A program made the translations under genes and the position numbers. Shown here one piece after another: positions 60,900-64,000 of a DNA stretch of 64,000 nucleotides. The notes under the pieces were generated by a model. That model was given only the letters and a program-made list of their open reading frames with translations. It did not search any database and was not told the origin of the DNA. This DNA comes from Marsupella aquatica. Taxonomy: Eukaryota > Plantae > Marchantiophyta. The first letter of the stretch is position 1. The number at the start of each line of letters is the position of its first letter. The stretch is from assembly GCA_973895155.1 (NCBI GenBank), contig OZ316891.1, positions 21,899,168-21,963,167 on the forward strand, written 5' to 3'.

Positions 60900-63800
60900 T
60901 TAACAATGCGATCCATATTCATCAATCAAGATATCATCACCGAGCTCTTGTTGGATCTCATAATTGACATCGGAGGTACTCTCCTCTATCCAATAAGGTG
61001 CAGACCAAACCGGAGTTATCAATCCCAATTCTCCACTTCTATAAGTTGGATCTTTCTTGTGCTTTTTGTACGAGTCATTGTTCAAAATTGATTGAGCAGC
61101 ATCCAACGCAACTTCAGTTCCTACATCGGGTCCACTTTTCCACACGTAACATCAACAATCATATTCAAGTGACTTATATCCAGTTGATCCTACTCTCTTC
61201 CCTTTCTTTTTTGAGAGTGGAAGGATAACGGGACTTCTTGATGGTGATCGAACAAACACCAATTTGTCATCAGAAGCGGAAAAGAGTGTATCGGGACAAA
61301 TTGAAGCACCTGCCTGGTTGTCAGCAGTCGTGGATGCACTTGCTTCATTCACGGGAATGTCAGCTATTTGGATGGGCTGCGGTCTCAATCCCAATGTGTC
61401 GAGTTCATTGGACTCACCATGCCTCTCCGCACCTTGATTGAGAAGGTTGTTTGAAGACAGTTTTTCAAATGTATCAGCTTCCATCTCTTGTCCAGGCAAT
61501 TGTGGATGGAGACCATCTCTATCCAAGTTATCATCATACTGGCCCTCGTTGGGTCCCATGGGGGCAACATCTGTAATTGGTGAACTGCAAGGTGCAGATC
61601 CAACAATCATATCGTCTTCCACAAGGTCAATATTTTCACCCTCGCCAACTCGGTCATCCAAATTCTTCACGTATGCCTCCTCCGATGGCCCATCGTCTTT
61701 GACTGATTGGTCAGCTCCATCTTCTTGATCACCATCTGATTCATCGTCAATAGCAACAGCGGCAGAAGAGGGTTCCCAATGTCTAGAACTTCCACCGACA
61801 TAGCGATCATAACGATCTTTGATGGTGGGAACCTTCTCACAAAGGAACGAAGCATATGCTTCCACAAAATGTCTCTCATGTTGAGAGTCACAATAAACAA
61901 AACATTCACGTTGAGAAAAAAGGGATGCCTTCATCACTTGACCGCCAGAGAAAAAGTCAAGAATCAAATCCCCCAGCTCAGACAGTGTTTGGATGATCTT
62001 TTGGATCATCCGTGTGGGTTTGGCGTGAGGATTCACCCACCCACCCCGAGCGCCGACCGTCTCAAATCGAGGTGCCATGTGCAGAAGTATTGCCGCCTCT
62101 TCTGGGGTCATCATATTTCTTAGATCTTCATGTAATGACTCCTCGTCCGCGCCCTTTGCCTTTTCCTTTCCCTTGACCTTCTCAACCACGAAATCAGTAT
62201 CCTTTTCACCATACACCCATTTTGGCTTCATCTGGTTGGGCTTGAACACTTCATCCCAGCTGACGTTCTCTTCGCGAGAAATTCCCGCAAAGATAACTTC
62301 TTCTATTCCTCCCTTCCAACATGAGTCGTGAGGGTGAGGTTGATCATCTCGGTAATAACTCCCATACTCAATGTGAATAGTCAGAGTTTTTGAATGTCCT
62401 AATTTACAAAGAGCGCTTAGGACATTCAGTACAAGGTAACCCGGATGGACAGTTATCATCACAACAATGGTGGGATTCCGTGGTAGCTCTACTATGTATT
62501 GGAAGAGTACCAAAATCTCTGCTTCGGTCCACTCCTTCTGTTGAAGTCGGCTGAAATCAACAATTGCAAGAGGGCATGTTGGAGATTGTTCTTCCAACAA
62601 CTCCGGATCGACTGTCTTCATTAGGTTGTTACTAAAAAATCTGACCCACGGTTGGGTCCGAGAACTTGTCCCCCCGCCAAACTTCTGACAGTAAATATCA
62701 TCTAGACGCATCACCAATGTCATTGGCAATATCTCACTCTCCTTTGTATGATTAGACTTCAATAAATTTGTCAACCATACTTCACCAGCCGCTCTTCGGC
62801 ACCTGTTCAACTCCGACTTGGCACCTAACAATGGGAGGACCTCAATTACTTTAACCCAATCAATATCTGCTGGGAAGTTTTTCGGATCCTTCTTGAAGTA
62901 GTAATCTCCAATAAGAGACTTCAGTTTGATCAATATCTTCACCTCCTTTGCAAAGTCCTCCATTGCTGGAACATCTGACTTATTTGTCGGATCCTTCTTC
63001 AATAAAACCTGACCTGACTTCACCTTGTTCAAAATTCTGGTCAAATCTCTACTTGATATTTCACCATCAAAACAACGAAACATTGCGACCGTTATACCCT
63101 TTTCGGACCTTTTGTTTCCCTGTGTACCAGCTCCATGAGGAAGATGTCCATCAATCCACATCTGGCACACTAACCGCCAGAGCTCGAAAAGATCATTCTC
63201 GGCAAAGAGCAACCAATATACATTTTTCAAGTCTTTCCTCCCCATGGTCATCCTTGCCAATGCCAAATAATCCTATAGTCAAAATTAGGGGAAAATAAGT
63301 TATCTACAATCAATGAGATTTGACAACAAACTATCACTTGCTTGTTGGACAGAGACCATCTCCATCCAAGTCATAACTAAAAGTAAAAGGAAGAGAAATC
63401 TCTGGAATGGACGATGACACTCTTGGACAGAGATCATCTCCATCCAAGTCATAACCAAAAGTAAAAGGAAGAGAAATCTCTGGAATGGACGATGACACTC
63501 TTGGACAGAGATCATCTCCATCCAAGTCATAACCAAAAGTAGAAGGAAGAGAAATCTCTGGAATGGACGATCACACTCTTGGACAGAGACCATCTCCATC
63601 CAAGTCATAACCAAAAGTAGAAGGAAGAGAAATCTCTAGAATGGATGATCACACTCTTGGACAGAGACCATCTCCATCCAAGTCATAACCAGAAATATAT
63701 TGAACTAAAATCAATGTAACGGACGGTCACACTCTTGGACAGAGACCATCTCTGTCCAAACAAGAAAAGTGTTTCTCACCTGAAATTTTTTATTTTCTTG

Positions 63801-64000
63801 GGCGTTTGACTTGTTGTCCCCGTGCTTTGGCTTTCTTGGTCCTCTGCATTCAAGGAATTGTTTCCTTGCATGAACAATTGTATCTTTGAAGCACGATTGA
63901 AACACCATCGTCAAATTGATGGCATTTGATCTCATTGAGTGCTCAACCAATATAGCCGATGGTGTAAGGTCTGACAATAATCTAGACTTCCTGTATTTTA
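60900..64000 (-). pseudogene. Divergent homolog of the ParB-MTase cargo gene (5' part outside the window); exons >64000-63780 and 63272-60900, one internal TGA at 61152
   Basis: Phase-0 GT-AG intron 63779-63273. Blocks align with the 26928-30418 protein (HARKQFLE~ACHNIFLE; VCQMWIDG~IFQMWEKG; RILNKV~RLLNRV). MTase NPHAKP and LILDFFSGG. Confidence 0.65.
63345..63757 (+). repeat. 78-bp tandem array (~5 units) in an intron
   Basis: ttggacagaga(c/t)catctc at 63345, 63423, 63501, 63579, 63657 and 63735; the fifth unit is divergent. Confidence 0.9.

Noticed and set aside
63345-63757. CRISPR-like regular repeats
   Set aside because: Whole 78-bp units are repeated with no unique spacers, there are no cas genes, and the context is a eukaryotic intron.

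Overview
Eukaryotic, plant-like DNA (GT-AG introns, telo-box-like motifs, plant TE families; probably a non-seed plant or other streptophyte, which is an inference). It is almost entirely a nest of transposable elements around one intact host gene, a 4-exon POT/PTR peptide transporter (35195-37752). Several unrelated elements carry their own putative chromatin or DNA-modifying domains. (1) A decayed Ty3/Gypsy element has a DNMT3-like C5 methyltransferase between protease and RT, and a PHD finger after integrase. (2) A Sola1/DUF7869-like DNA transposon carries a spliced ParB-like + beta-class N6A/N4C methyltransferase gene, and its non-coding DNA holds about 15 copies of the quasi-palindrome CGATAA-NN-TTATCG. 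(3) A CACTA element has a first exon that can splice in frame to either a SET-domain exon or TnpD. (4) A divergent homolog of the ParB-MTase gene lies next to a NIF/FCP1-like phosphatase at the right edge. Also present: three copies of a ~3.8-kb TG...CA unit with one long ORF and no gag-pol, several MITEs with clear TSDs, a 6.1-kb TIR element with an 8-bp TSD, and local tandem repeats. All family assignments come from motif recognition by eye; no database search was run.
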